DNA of 64,000 nucleotides from a virus. The position numbers were made by a program, and so were the translations under genes. Location: IMG/VR virus record IMGVR_UViG_3300021356_000002. The stretch is one strand, 5' to 3'. Shown piece after piece: positions 10,330 through 20,149 of the stretch (within the stretch, counting starts at the first letter, position 1; the number at the start of each line of letters is the position of its first letter). A model generated the notes under the pieces. That model had not been told where the DNA came from, made no database searches, and was given only the letters and a program-made list of their open reading frames with translations.

Positions 10330-11690
10330 AGTTTAAAGTTCCGAGGCAGATCGCCCAACTTAGTCAGTCGTAATACTGAAGTGTGCTTTTCGCTCACCAA
10401 CTTATGATTTATAGCCAGTATTAAATAGTCACCAGATTTTCTCTTGTCGATTTGCTTCAGCGTGTCTTTGTCATCTCCCTCAACGTTTGAGTTGAGGAAC
10501 AGTATTCGTATCTTTTTGCCGACTGGCACAGTTCCCTGGAAGAAAAGAGAGCCATTCATTCCAATATCAATGATATTCTTTTTCAGAATCATTCGAATGA
10601 TCTTGTTCTTCACCTTCAGGCGCGACTCTATGATGGTGTTGTTGTCATCAAGAATCGAAGTTTCGTCATGATAACTCTTAAACTGATTGTATGTGCCGCT
10701 AGAGAATATTTGGTGTATGTGTAACGAGTTGTATTCGTCAGATAACTTACCGTTAATTTCTAAAGACGGATCAAAGATGCTCTGTATCGTATCTGGCGAA
10801 ATGGTCTCTGTAGAATAAAATTCGTCAACGATGTCTCTGATTGTTACATGGCTGCCTACCACAACGCCTGTGCCTGCGTCGATGTTTGCATAGTACGATC
10901 CTATTGCACCATTCTCGTACATGGCTTGCGCGTTCTCAGAACCAGCTTCACGGAATGACATGATTTCATAATAAGGTCGTAGATTATCATCTGTGTCTGG
11001 TGCTGAGTTAATTGCCGCACTGTATCGCAAAGGCAGTTTGTCGTTAATTACATCCTCTTTTAGCAGACTGTCTAGATCAGACAGAATGAGACGATCAGCA
11101 TACAAAGATGCGTACAGAAAGATCGGCGAGCCTGTGCGAGTCGTAGCACGGTCACGAATCCATTGAATCGCTTCTAGTGGACTCATGTAGGGCACTAGTA
11201 TTTTTCGAATGCCTTGAATTGATCCTTCGAAGAATTGCGGCGTAACTTCTTTGCCTAACTCATTGTCAGCAATTGTTCCAATAATGTTTTCAAGAGTGTC
11301 TGTGTACGATCGGCTAAACTGTTTGATCGAGTCAACGTAGAGATGTTCTTCGACCAGATTGATCGAAAGCATCTCTGATCTTTCATTCATCTTTTTCGTA
11401 TCAACGATCTGAGAGAAGAAGAAATACTTTATGACAATAGGCTCTTCTGGTTTTTCTGCATCACCTAAAACCAGCTTGAGTCTTTCTGTGCCTTGAATCG
11501 ACAGAGTGTCTTTTAAGCCAAAGTCATCGATCAAAACAACATGACCATCGACATATGGCTTATACAGATTTTCATAAAAATTCAGTTCAAGGATATTACC
11601 ACGAACGTCAACAACCTTATCTTCGTCTTTGACTGACGAAAGAATGATTGACGCTTCTAGTAGACCGAACTGAGATTGATTTTGAGCCAT
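10326..11690 (-). CDS. Baseplate hub protein (gp27-like)
   Basis: Position between gp53 and gp5; FYENLYKPYV.G, SP.EAIQW and SGDYLILAINH motifs. Confidence 0.65.
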   Translation of the reverse strand: MAQNQSQFGLLEASIILSSVKDEDKVVDVRGNILELNFYENLYKPYVDGHVVLIDDFGLKDTLSIQGTERLKLVLGDAEKPEEPIVIKYFFFSQIVDTKKMNERSEMLSINLVEEHLYVDSIKQFSRSYTDTLENIIGTIADNELGKEVTPQFFEGSIQGIRKILVPYMSPLEAIQWIRDRATTRTGSPIFLYASLYADRLILSDLDSLLKEDVINDKLPLRYSAAINSAPDTDDNLRPYYEIMSFREAGSENAQAMYENGAIGSYYANIDAGTGVVVGSHVTIRDIVDEFYSTETISPDTIQSIFDPSLEINGKLSDEYNSLHIHQIFSSGTYNQFKSYHDETSILDDNNTIIESRLKVKNKIIRMILKKNIIDIGMNGSLFFQGTVPVGKKIRILFLNSNVEGDDKDTLKQIDKRKSGDYLILAINHKLVSEKHTSVLRLTKLGDLPRNFKL

Positions 11691-12445
11691 TAAACCCTCT
11701 CAAGCAATCGCTTAAATTCGCCCACTACTTTTTCGATGTACTCTTTTTTAATTACACGAATTTTTCTTGCTTCGGTGTTCTGTTGCTCAAGAAACTCAAG
11801 ATTGGTAATAGGTATTTTTCCTAGACCTCCTACAGCGGAATCGGTCTGATAGAAGAAGTCAACCCAATTTTCTGAATCGTCTTCGTAGTGATGAATGCCT
11901 TGATACTCATATGCAATACCGCTCAAGGCATATAGATTTGTTCCGTCAGCATATGTTACGGCGCTTTTACCTGTGATATCACTGTCCGAAGAAATAGTCA
12001 TTTCGCCTAGATCGACGTTCTTTCGAACAACAACGCCTTGACTGCCTTGCACTAACACGTCCTGTCCAACAGGATATAATTTTGCAAACGTTCTTGCATC
12101 TGCACTATCTCTTTCTTGAAACCCAAGCTTGGCTGTATAGTTCGGAAAAAGAGTGTTCTGAGCATATTCATAAAGTTGCTTCGTGTCTTTTGGCCAGCCA
12201 GTTTCACGAAGTCTTTCATTCATCAAAAAGAATGTCCAATCATACTCACTCTTGCCGTACAATTTATATGACAGCGTGTCTGGTCTATCTCCGTCCCGAA
12301 TCTCATACTCGATGTATGCGCCTTGATCGTCGCGAATCGTATCAATCAACTCAACATATTGCGTCAACTTCTGAAAGAGTACGGGCTCTTCTTCATCACC
12401 AAATAAGTAGAGTACTTTCGGAAAATTTTCAAAGTAATTCGACAT
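11690..12445 (-). CDS. gp53: Baseplate wedge protein gp53
   Basis: MSNYFENFPKV.Y; YEIRDGDRPDTLSYKLYG..WTFFLMN..WP. Confidence 0.92.
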   Translation of the reverse strand: MSNYFENFPKVLYLFGDEEEPVLFQKLTQYVELIDTIRDDQGAYIEYEIRDGDRPDTLSYKLYGKSEYDWTFFLMNERLRETGWPKDTKQLYEYAQNTLFPNYTAKLGFQERDSADARTFAKLYPVGQDVLVQGSQGVVVRKNVDLGEMTISSDSDITGKSAVTYADGTNLYALSGIAYEYQGIHHYEDDSENWVDFFYQTDSAVGGLGKIPITNLEFLEQQNTEARKIRVIKKEYIEKVVGEFKRLLERV

Positions 12446-13743
12446 TAGTAACCTTCCCTAACCTTCGCTTTATCGAGCGCAACAATCTCTTGAAACGACA
12501 GCGAGATATCGACTTCGATGAATTGACCATCAGTGTGCATACCAGCCGCAGTAGCATTGAAAGAAGTCTGAATATCTCTCAAGTAACATCTCTGTATTTT
12601 AAACGCGGGATTTTCGCCAAATCGATTCTTGATGTCGATCTCAAACATATTAGGAAATTTGTAGCCAAGAGGCACGCCAGATTCACCAAGCGGAATCTTT
12701 TCAGGATATAACTCTTGTCGAAAGAACTTGACGATGTTTTTAATTTCTCGGGCTTCCTGTTCGTTGTTCGCAATCATTTTGAAAGCAAAAGCAAAGTTTC
12801 GAATGTTGACCTGAGAGAACAGTGTTCTTTGATTAGGCGCAGTGGCGATACGTGTCGCACTTCGTACAGCGGGCGACATTCCATCGAATGTATTACCCGC
12901 AACAGACGTACCCAGAATAGCACCGGGTCCTCGTCCAACAGCGGCACCGATCGCCGCACCTGTCGCTTCACCCACACCTTTCGCAATCGCTTGCGCGGCA
13001 AGGGCAGATGCAGTCGTAAGAAATTGTCCCTGCTGTGTCGCACCCGTAAATGGATTCTGCCCTTCTAAAGCACCTTCTAGCGCACCGCCAATCGTGCCTA
13101 AGTTCGCAGTCTCGTATTGAGCCGCATCAGAAAATCTTAAGTCTCGAGGCAAGGGAAGAGTTACTTGACCAACTGTCTCACCACCACCACTATTCTCATA
13201 TGACATTAAAGATTGTTCTACTTCTTTTTCTGCTTGAGCAATGTCTTGTTTTGTTTCTGCATCGACTCCTTCGTCAGCCACTGAAGCGGTTGCGCTTTCG
13301 TCATTTCTTCCCTGTGCTAATGTTTTTCCAACAGCGGCGGCGCCCTCACCAACAATACCAGTAGCAAGACCCGCACCAATACTGCCAGCAGTCAAGCCAA
13401 GTGGAGTCGCGTTGTATGCCGCACTGCCAATTCCTTTGAGCAGAGATGAGAATCCGCTACCAATCTTTTCTGCAAGATCAACACCATCAACTTTGATTGC
13501 TTTGAAAATAATACGAGCAGGATAGTTTGCAGAGAGAGTTAACGGATATCTGTATTTTCTGCTTGCTTCTAAGGCTTCAACTGAGGGATCAGTTGCCTGT
13601 TCATTTTCATTATCGGGCAAGGTTTCTTCTGCAAGAACAGTAGTTTCGCCTGCTGTATTAGGCTCTGCAACGCCAGCCGCTTGACGTATTTGCTCAGGTG
13701 TTAGCTTGTCACCTACTTTAACGTCATAAATATTTTCTGCCAT
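12445..13743 (-). CDS. gp48: Baseplate tail tube cap gp48
   Basis: YRYPL; PNQRTLF..VNIRNFAFAFKM..EAREIKNIVKFFR..YP; LSFQEI. Confidence 0.85.
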   Translation of the reverse strand: MAENIYDVKVGDKLTPEQIRQAAGVAEPNTAGETTVLAEETLPDNENEQATDPSVEALEASRKYRYPLTLSANYPARIIFKAIKVDGVDLAEKIGSGFSSLLKGIGSAAYNATPLGLTAGSIGAGLATGIVGEGAAAVGKTLAQGRNDESATASVADEGVDAETKQDIAQAEKEVEQSLMSYENSGGGETVGQVTLPLPRDLRFSDAAQYETANLGTIGGALEGALEGQNPFTGATQQGQFLTTASALAAQAIAKGVGEATGAAIGAAVGRGPGAILGTSVAGNTFDGMSPAVRSATRIATAPNQRTLFSQVNIRNFAFAFKMIANNEQEAREIKNIVKFFRQELYPEKIPLGESGVPLGYKFPNMFEIDIKNRFGENPAFKIQRCYLRDIQTSFNATAAGMHTDGQFIEVDISLSFQEIVALDKAKVREGY

Positions 13744-13781
13744 TTGAAACACTCTAAATAATGGGTGAGTTGTTGTTCATC

Positions 13782-13789
13782 TATTTATA
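13782..13789 (-). promoter_or_regulatory. Late promoter TATAAATA for the gp48 operon (divergent partner TCTAAATA at 13753-13760 on + for gp4)
   Basis: Exact consensus in the divergent gp48/gp4 gap. Confidence 0.8.
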
Positions 13790-13797
13790 GAGTTTTT

Positions 13798-14283
13798 ATG
13801 GCATATAAAGGAAAGTATCGAGTTAAAAACCCCACAAAGTATCATGGCGATCACACGAACGTAGTGTATAGATCATTGTGGGAAAAACATGCGTTCAAGT
13901 GGTGCGACGATAACTCTGAAGTAGTAAAATGGTCAAGTGAAGAAACCATCATACCTTATCTATATGAAGTTGACAAGAAGATTCATAGGTACTTTGTGGA
14001 TCTAAAGATAGTCTATAAATCGGGGCGAACGATCATTGTGGAGATAAAGCCCGAAAAAGAAACGAATCCACCTGTCGGCAATCGTCGAACCAAACGTTAC
14101 ATCACCGAAGGCTACACTTATATTAAGAACATGAATAAGTGGGAAGCGGCGAATGAGTACGCCAAAGATCGAGGTTGGGAATTTCAAATCTGGACAGAAA
14201 AGACTCTTCAGGCTATGGGAATTATGCCTAAAGCATTGAAGCCTCTCAAACCTTACACGAGGAGAAAAAAGACGTATAAATAG
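13798..14283 (+). CDS. gp4: Head completion nuclease gp4
   Basis: MAYKGKY..KNP.KY.GD..VVYRSLWE..WSSE..HRYFVD..EIKP; start refined to ATG 13798. Confidence 0.95.
   Translation: MAYKGKYRVKNPTKYHGDHTNVVYRSLWEKHAFKWCDDNSEVVKWSSEETIIPYLYEVDKKIHRYFVDLKIVYKSGRTIIVEIKPEKETNPPVGNRRTKRYITEGYTYIKNMNKWEAANEYAKDRGWEFQIWTEKTLQAMGIMPKALKPLKPYTRRKKTYK
14275..14282 (+). promoter_or_regulatory. Late promoter TATAAATA, 5 nt before the gp2 ATG
   Basis: Exact consensus. Confidence 0.8.
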
Positions 14284-14287
14284 ACGC

Positions 14288-14878
14288 ATGAGTAATCTAT
14301 TTCAGACAGTAGAGCAAGAAGCGTTTCGTGCGGGCATTCAGCCACGTACCAGAGAATCACGTGCGTGGTTTAGGCGTAAAGTGCAGAACATGCGTAACAT
14401 CAATCGACGCGAGTTGATGCGAGAAGATCCTATACAGTCAAAAGCAAAGTCTGTGTCGGGTTCGATGTACATGTTTTTCTATGACGCAAAGCACAGACAG
14501 ACGCTTCCATATTGGGATTCGTTTCCTTTGATCATTGCAGTGGGACCAGCAGAAAAAGGTTTTTATGGTATGAACCTTCACTACCTGCCTATCCCGCTTC
14601 GTGCTAAGTTTCTCGATGCTCTCATGGACATTACGAACAACAGTAAGTATGATGAAACGACCAAGTTCGAAGTGTCATACGAATATTTGAATCGAGCCGC
14701 GAAGTTTAAATACTTCAAGCCATGTTTCAAGCACTACTTGACAACTCAAGTTGAAGGTAAGTTAGCCTACGTTCCACCACCTGAGTGGGAGATTGCGACA
14801 TTCTTACCCGTTGCGCAATGGAATAAGAGTTCTGCTGGTCAAGTCTACAAAGATTCACGGAGAATAATGAATGCTTAA
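14288..14878 (+). CDS. gp2: DNA end protector protein gp2
   Basis: GSMYMFFYDAKH..TLPYWDSFPL..GMNLHYLP..FKHYL. Confidence 0.95.
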   Translation: MSNLFQTVEQEAFRAGIQPRTRESRAWFRRKVQNMRNINRRELMREDPIQSKAKSVSGSMYMFFYDAKHRQTLPYWDSFPLIIAVGPAEKGFYGMNLHYLPIPLRAKFLDALMDITNNSKYDETTKFEVSYEYLNRAAKFKYFKPCFKHYLTTQVEGKLAYVPPPEWEIATFLPVAQWNKSSAGQVYKDSRRIMNA

Positions 14879-15554
14879 GTCAGGATCAGTTGAAGAACTA
14901 AAGGGTGTTGTCACGGGCGGCAGAGGCTTTGCCCGTACGAATCTGTATTATGTCTATTTACCGACGTTGACTCCAAAGCAAGGCACTTACGATTTTGGTG
15001 TTTTGTGTAGTAGCGTAACGTTGCCTGCGCGTCAGTTGTCAAGTATCGAGCGAGTACTAGGTCCTACACAGCAATCCGTTGTTCACGGATTCGTAAACCC
15101 TAACGTCACAATGTCGTTTCGTATTCTAAACAATCAGAAAACACGAGACTACTTCGAAGGCTGGCAAGCACTGGCTATGCAACAATACGATGACATTGAA
15201 GGACGCTTTGAAGTCAACTATCCAGATCGATATGCCAAGAACGTTCAGATCCATCAATTAGAGAAAGGCGTCAGTTATCCAATCCTCGACAGAAATGTCG
15301 AACTTGGTCCCGTCAATCTAAACTTTGATCTCGATCTTGGCACACCTCTTGAAAAAACATACACGTGGACATTAGATCGTGCCTATCCTGTAAGTGTCAC
15401 GTACGAAACATTATCAGACCAATCTCAGAATGAGATTAGTCAGGTGAACGTAGAATTTGCTTATCACTACTGGTACGGTGAAAGCAGAGATCCGAAGAAT
15501 AAAATTCAGAAAGCAATCACTGGAGTTTTAGGAACAATCGGCGCAAATATTTAA
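14871..15554 (+). CDS. gp54: Baseplate tail tube initiator (gp54/gp19-like)
   Basis: GFARTNLY, LC.SVTLP, AYPVSV..LS..VNVEFAY motifs. Confidence 0.75.
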   Translation: MLKSGSVEELKGVVTGGRGFARTNLYYVYLPTLTPKQGTYDFGVLCSSVTLPARQLSSIERVLGPTQQSVVHGFVNPNVTMSFRILNNQKTRDYFEGWQALAMQQYDDIEGRFEVNYPDRYAKNVQIHQLEKGVSYPILDRNVELGPVNLNFDLDLGTPLEKTYTWTLDRAYPVSVTYETLSDQSQNEISQVNVEFAYHYWYGESRDPKNKIQKAITGVLGTIGANI

Positions 15555-15568
15555 TGGAGAATTAAATC

Positions 15569-16261
15569 ATGGCATTACCCGTATTGAATGATACACCCAA
15601 GTACGAGTTGGAGATTCCTTCTACAGGACGACCCATCAAGTTTCGACCGTACCTGGTCAAAGAAGAAAAAGTTCTAATGATGGCGGCTGAGACGCAAGAT
15701 GGTACTCAGATGATGAACGCTATTTTAGACACCATCAAAGCCTGTGTTCAAGGCGACTGCAAAGTCGAAGAGTTGACCACATTTGATCTAGAGTACTTGT
15801 TCATCAAGTTGAGATCGAAGTCTGTGGGTGAAACGTCTAACATCATGCTAGCCTGTAAGTCCTGCGAAGCACAAAACGAGCATACGATCAATCTAGAAGA
15901 GATCGAGTGTGTTGGATCAGGCTCAGAGAAATTCATCGAACTTGACGATAAAGTCACGGTCGAAATGAAGTATCCGGGCTACAAAGACTTAGACATTAAT
16001 GCTGACGATGATGAGATGGGATTCAACGTACTTGCAAATAGTCTTAAGGCTGTCTTGGTCGGTGATGAACGGATCGAGATCGAAGATGAAACGCCTGAAA
16101 ACGTTCGTGCTTTTCTGGAGTCTATGACAAAGGATCAGTTCGAAAGAATCGGTGAGTTTTTGCTGAAGATGCCGCAGGTCAAGCACGATGTCGTATACGA
16201 TTGTGTGAAGTGTGGTGAGACCAATACAACAGAACTAAGAGGAATCCAAAGTTTTTTCTGA
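15569..16261 (+). CDS. gp26: Baseplate hub assembly chaperone gp26
   Basis: MALP..P.YEL.IPSTG..IKFRPYLVKEEKVL; FDLEYLFIKLRSKSVGE; two CxxC; ends GIQSFF. Confidence 0.92.
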   Translation: MALPVLNDTPKYELEIPSTGRPIKFRPYLVKEEKVLMMAAETQDGTQMMNAILDTIKACVQGDCKVEELTTFDLEYLFIKLRSKSVGETSNIMLACKSCEAQNEHTINLEEIECVGSGSEKFIELDDKVTVEMKYPGYKDLDINADDDEMGFNVLANSLKAVLVGDERIEIEDETPENVRAFLESMTKDQFERIGEFLLKMPQVKHDVVYDCVKCGETNTTELRGIQSFF

Positions 16262-16446
16262 TATGCCTCTCTCACGATGACTTAGCAAATTTTTTCAAAA
16301 CAAACTTTTTGCTACAAAGGCATCATAAATACACATTGACTGAGATAGAAATGATGATGCCGTGGGAGAGGGAAGTACACATAATCCTACTGCTTCAGGC
16401 ATTAGAAGAAGAAAAACAAGCACGAGAGCAAGCACAAAATGGCTAG
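16258..16446 (+). CDS. gp51: gp51-like baseplate hub assembly catalyst; -1 frame relative to gp26, no ATG before its conserved N-terminal part
   Basis: Not in ORF track. Reads LICLSHDDLANFFKTNFLLQRHHKYTLTEIEMMMPWEREVHIILL; first in-frame ATG only at 16351. Confidence 0.85.
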   Translation: MICLSHDDLANFFKTNFLLQRHHKYTLTEIEMMMPWEREVHIILLLQALEEEKQAREQAQNG

Positions 16447-17791
16447 TATAACCCTTAGAGACTTAGTAGAAGAGCAAGAAGAAACAAACATGCGATTGGA
16501 TGAAATCGATGATCGGTTTCTTCAGTTCTTTGATATGTTGCGGGCTGATAAACTCGACATGCTTGAGATCATGTCAGAACTAAAAGATCAAAGACCAACA
16601 GTTCCTGCTGTGCCGCCCGGTGCTCCAGAAACTACACCTACGCCAGAAGTGGCTAGTGGTCTAAAGTTTGGTTTCGGAACATTAGTTACAAGTCTAGGCG
16701 TTGCACTTACAGCGGCTTGGGCAGCCTATATCAAAGAGATAGGAACGTTGTTTAGAGCCCTCGGAAGAGGACTGGGCAAAATACCAGGCGTAGGTTTTAT
16801 AACAAGAACCATAGGTAACATCGGAAGTTACTTCACGAATCTAAGAAGAGTTTTTTCTGGTGTCGATAGCACAATGCGCACCGCGTCTGGTCAATTCCGA
16901 AAGATGAATTTCTTTGAAAAAGGCATCAAGTCTATAGGTGCATTTTTCAGAAGCGTTGGTGGTATGTTCAGTGGTTTTTCTGGTGGAGGTTTCATGGAAA
17001 AAATGAAGCCGCTCTCAGACTTCTTTGCTAAATTTAAGCCAATGTTCGGAAAACTGCTTGGCATTTTCAGAGCGATTGGTCGAATCTTTCTTCCTCTCAC
17101 TGCAATCATCGAAGTCGGCTTGGGTATCTTCAGAGAAGTGTCTGCGCTTGAAGAGGGTGCTGGCTTTATGGATTATCTTGAAGCTGGCGTTAAAGGTATC
17201 ATCAAGGGTCTAGGAAGATTAGTCACAATGCCTCTTGATCTGCTCAAGTCTGGCATCTCATGGATCGCTGGTAAATTAGGATTTGATCAGGTTGAAGCAA
17301 TGCTGGACAAATTCTCATTCACAGAACTATTTGATAGCATGGTTGATGGCGTAGCAGAAATTGTTAAAAAGATTTTCAGATTCCCAATTGCTGTAGCAAA
17401 GGCTGGTAAAGCGGCACTTGGTGCGGCTTTCACTCCAGGTGAAAGTGCAACCGAAACGTTTGGTAAAGTCTTTAGTGAAGTGATGGCTGGTGGAGATACA
17501 GCCGAATCTGGCACTGTCACTGCTAGTGCAACGAGTGCATCAGCCGCGTCAGTAAATGAACCACCACCAGAAGAAGCCTCGCGTCCACGCACACGTGCAG
17601 ACGTACGTAGACAGAGAATGGAAGCACGAGCGGCTGAAGAAGCGGGTCAAGCACCAACAGTTACAGTTGTCAATAACACTAATGCTCCGACAACAACTAC
17701 AAACAATAGTACGACAACTGGCGGTGGAGCACCTCTACCACAACCTACTCAATCAAACGGATCGCGAGCCGACGCTTACGCTGGGGCATAA
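16439..17791 (+). CDS. Probable tape measure protein (gp29-like)
   Basis: Ala/Gly-rich amphipathic helices with spaced Phe; T/N-rich tail (VVNNTNAPTTTTNN); follows gp26/gp51. Confidence 0.6.
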   Translation: MASITLRDLVEEQEETNMRLDEIDDRFLQFFDMLRADKLDMLEIMSELKDQRPTVPAVPPGAPETTPTPEVASGLKFGFGTLVTSLGVALTAAWAAYIKEIGTLFRALGRGLGKIPGVGFITRTIGNIGSYFTNLRRVFSGVDSTMRTASGQFRKMNFFEKGIKSIGAFFRSVGGMFSGFSGGGFMEKMKPLSDFFAKFKPMFGKLLGIFRAIGRIFLPLTAIIEVGLGIFREVSALEEGAGFMDYLEAGVKGIIKGLGRLVTMPLDLLKSGISWIAGKLGFDQVEAMLDKFSFTELFDSMVDGVAEIVKKIFRFPIAVAKAGKAALGAAFTPGESATETFGKVFSEVMAGGDTAESGTVTASATSASAASVNEPPPEEASRPRTRADVRRQRMEARAAEEAGQAPTVTVVNNTNAPTTTTNNSTTTGGGAPLPQPTQSNGSRADAYAGA

Positions 17792-17817
17792 AAAAAGGGA
17801 GCCCGAAGGCTCCCTTT
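17789..17817. terminator. Rho-independent terminator between convergent tape measure and gp32 genes
   Basis: Minus strand AAAGGGAGCC-TTCG-GGCTCCCTTTTTTT, UUCG tetraloop. Confidence 0.9.
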
Positions 17818-17829
17818 GCACTACTACGA

Positions 17830-18738
17830 TCAATCTTCAGCGGCGAGTTTCGCAAAGTATGAAAGAGTATCTTCTTCACCATCTGCTGAAAGGTCTGCGG
17901 TTACAACTTCAGGTTCCGCAGGAGCACTTGCTCGGATGGGCGTTGGTGCACGGGTTGCATCTAGATCAACGTCTGCTCTTGCAGTCCGAGGAGCCGCTTC
18001 ACCAAGTACAAGAGCAAGACGGGCTTTGAGTTCGTCATAGGTCTTGTACTGTGCAGGATCAGTAAACTCGTTCAGATCAAAGAGTTGATCATAGACTTGC
18101 TCAAGTTCACCATCGTCACCACCAAGCAGAGGAGCAGGAGATGCAAACTCTGACTTGTCATAGTTTCGATAGCCTTCGACATTCCGAATCTTCAGTTTGA
18201 ACGAAGCACCTTCCCAGAAATCAAATGGGTTTACGGGATCTTCGTCTTGGAACTGTGGTTGCATCACGTCCATGATCTTGTCGAAGATTTTCTTACCGAA
18301 GGTGTACAGAAAGACTTTGCCCTCATTCTGAGGATTCGCTGGGTCAGATTCGACAAGAACGTTTGCAACGTAGTGAAGACGGCGCTTCTGTGAACGTGCA
18401 GTTTCTTTGTCAGCCTCATTACCAGAGTTCCACAAACGAGAGTTCAATTCGCCAACAGGATCTTGCTGACCAATCGAAGTCAAAGACTTTTCGATATACC
18501 ATTGACCGGTAGGACCCTTGAAGCCATGATCCCAGTATCGAACCCAAGGCAGTTCGTTGCCTTCGGGTGCAGGTAGAAAACGCAGGACTGCGTAGCCATT
18601 GCCTGCTTTATCAACGGTGGGCTTCCATTGACGTTCATCGACGTAGGACTTCTTTTCGGTGGGGGCATCACCCGCTGTTGCGGCGGAGACTAGGTCGGAG
18701 ATAGAATTGCGATTACGCTTGAGATTTGAAAAAGACAT
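17830..18738 (-). CDS. gp32: Single-stranded DNA-binding protein gp32
   Basis: DKAGNGYAVLRFLPAP..HGFKGP.GQWYIE; FDFWEGASFKLKIR..GYRNYDKSEF; acidic tail SYFAKLAAED. Confidence 0.97.
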   Translation of the reverse strand: MSFSNLKRNRNSISDLVSAATAGDAPTEKKSYVDERQWKPTVDKAGNGYAVLRFLPAPEGNELPWVRYWDHGFKGPTGQWYIEKSLTSIGQQDPVGELNSRLWNSGNEADKETARSQKRRLHYVANVLVESDPANPQNEGKVFLYTFGKKIFDKIMDVMQPQFQDEDPVNPFDFWEGASFKLKIRNVEGYRNYDKSEFASPAPLLGGDDGELEQVYDQLFDLNEFTDPAQYKTYDELKARLALVLGEAAPRTARADVDLDATRAPTPIRASAPAEPEVVTADLSADGEEDTLSYFAKLAAED

Positions 18739-18801
18739 ATGTATTTCCTTGTATAAACAGTGTATTTAAATTTGTCCACTTTATTCATAATATAGATGTA
18801 T

Positions 18802-18830
18802 ATAGTATCACAAAAATTTTCACCAGTCAA
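18802..18830 (-). promoter_or_regulatory. Sigma70-type promoter for gp32
   Basis: TTGACT-N17-TACTAT with upstream A-tract. Confidence 0.7.
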
Positions 18831-19182
18831 CTTTTTTCCAAATTGAATCTGCTGTAAACTCATACGATCCTAGATACTCTTTATTCCAAGCCTGAGGTTC
18901 AATCAGACTTAGAGTAATCTTGCCACTTTCGATTCGATACAAATGGTATGTCTGTCCTACTCGTGGCACAAAATTGTACTGCGCTTGATAGATCATTTGA
19001 TTATCTTCTGCAAGCTCCACTAATTGATTGTACTCTTCGTTAAGGAGAGCCAGTTTGTTTTCGAAATAATTCTTGGCTAACGATCCACGTTCCGATTTAA
19101 ATAGTTCAGTATCGGGTAGCGTTATTGCTGGCGCACTGATCTCGCCGCCATACGGAAGTAACGCTTTCTTCTTTTCGGTCAT
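18820..19182 (-). CDS. DUF2452-like protein
   Basis: LPY....APAI..; FVPRVGQTYHLY; LSLIEP..W motif recognised. Confidence 0.6.
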   Translation of the reverse strand: MTEKKKALLPYGGEISAPAITLPDTELFKSERGSLAKNYFENKLALLNEEYNQLVELAEDNQMIYQAQYNFVPRVGQTYHLYRIESGKITLSLIEPQAWNKEYLGSYEFTADSIWKKVDW

Positions 19183-19412
19183 TCAAGAGGCAGTTCATTT
19201 CCGCGCGGCAGAAAGTTTAGTTTCATAGCCTCAGCCTCAATCTTACTTTTGATCGGACCTGCAATAAACTTCTTTACATCGATTTCATCGAGGTTGTTCT
19301 TTTCACAGAAGTACAACACGGCATCAATGTAACTTAGATTTTTGAGTCTGACAATCTCCTCGATTCGCTTCGCAAATTTAGGCTTTGTCATAATCATACT
19401 ACCAACTGTCAT
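19179..19412 (-). CDS. gp33: Late transcription co-activator gp33
   Basis: IEEIV....SYIDAVLYFCEKN....K..K.KIEAEAMKLNFL; start refined. Confidence 0.88.
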   Translation of the reverse strand: MTVGSMIMTKPKFAKRIEEIVRLKNLSYIDAVLYFCEKNNLDEIDVKKFIAGPIKSKIEAEAMKLNFLPRGNELPLE

Positions 19413-20149
19413 TCCATTTCTCCCCAAACTGCTCCGATGTCTCTGTAGTATGTACCTTTGGTTCTTACAATACAACCATCTTTATCATACGCTGGTGCGA
19501 TACAGACAGGAACAATTTTGTTTTCTCGGCGCTCGCCATAGTGTGAATCAAGCCAGACACCACTCTTAAGATATGTCTGCATGTTATACACGTATGTACG
19601 CGCGGTTATTTGTTCTTGTGTCAGTTTGTCGTTGTTCTTCGACGCAGACACAAACTTTTTCCAGTAATCAATCCACTGCTTCACTTTCGTAGGATGAAGT
19701 TTATGATCATCATCAAGATCAGCAATCGATGGATGAATGGGTGGCTCATAAGCCATATGTTCGCGCAGTTTGTCTGATTTGTCAATCATCTCAAACAGTT
19801 GTCTTTTGAACTGCACCTTTACTTTTTCGGGCATGTACCCGAGTAAATAGGCTTTCCATCCGCTCTTACCAATAGTGGCAAGAAACACGTCTGGTATCTT
19901 CAACGTCTCTTCGTAACAGTCCCAATCAGTACGATCACGAATAAACTTTTTAGTTGAATGCAGATACTCGCGCTCAGTGACTTCGGTGTGCACAAAGGCA
20001 TCACACTCTAGCCAAGCGGCAATCTGTTCTTCTTCTGTCTTAGCCTTCTTAAGTTTCTCCCAGTTAGGTTCGGGAGTCAAGGTCTTCTTTTTCTTGGGAG
20101 TAAACTTAGCGCGTTTCGGCATATCGATCTTCAGTCCATATGTTTTCAA
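19409..20149 (-). CDS. Hypothetical protein
   Basis: Long ORF in operon; C-terminal YVYNMQTYLKSGVWLD.HYGE motif. Confidence 0.7.
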   Translation of the reverse strand: MKTYGLKIDMPKRAKFTPKKKKTLTPEPNWEKLKKAKTEEEQIAAWLECDAFVHTEVTEREYLHSTKKFIRDRTDWDCYEETLKIPDVFLATIGKSGWKAYLLGYMPEKVKVQFKRQLFEMIDKSDKLREHMAYEPPIHPSIADLDDDHKLHPTKVKQWIDYWKKFVSASKNNDKLTQEQITARTYVYNMQTYLKSGVWLDSHYGERRENKIVPVCIAPAYDKDGCIVRTKGTYYRDIGAVWGEME

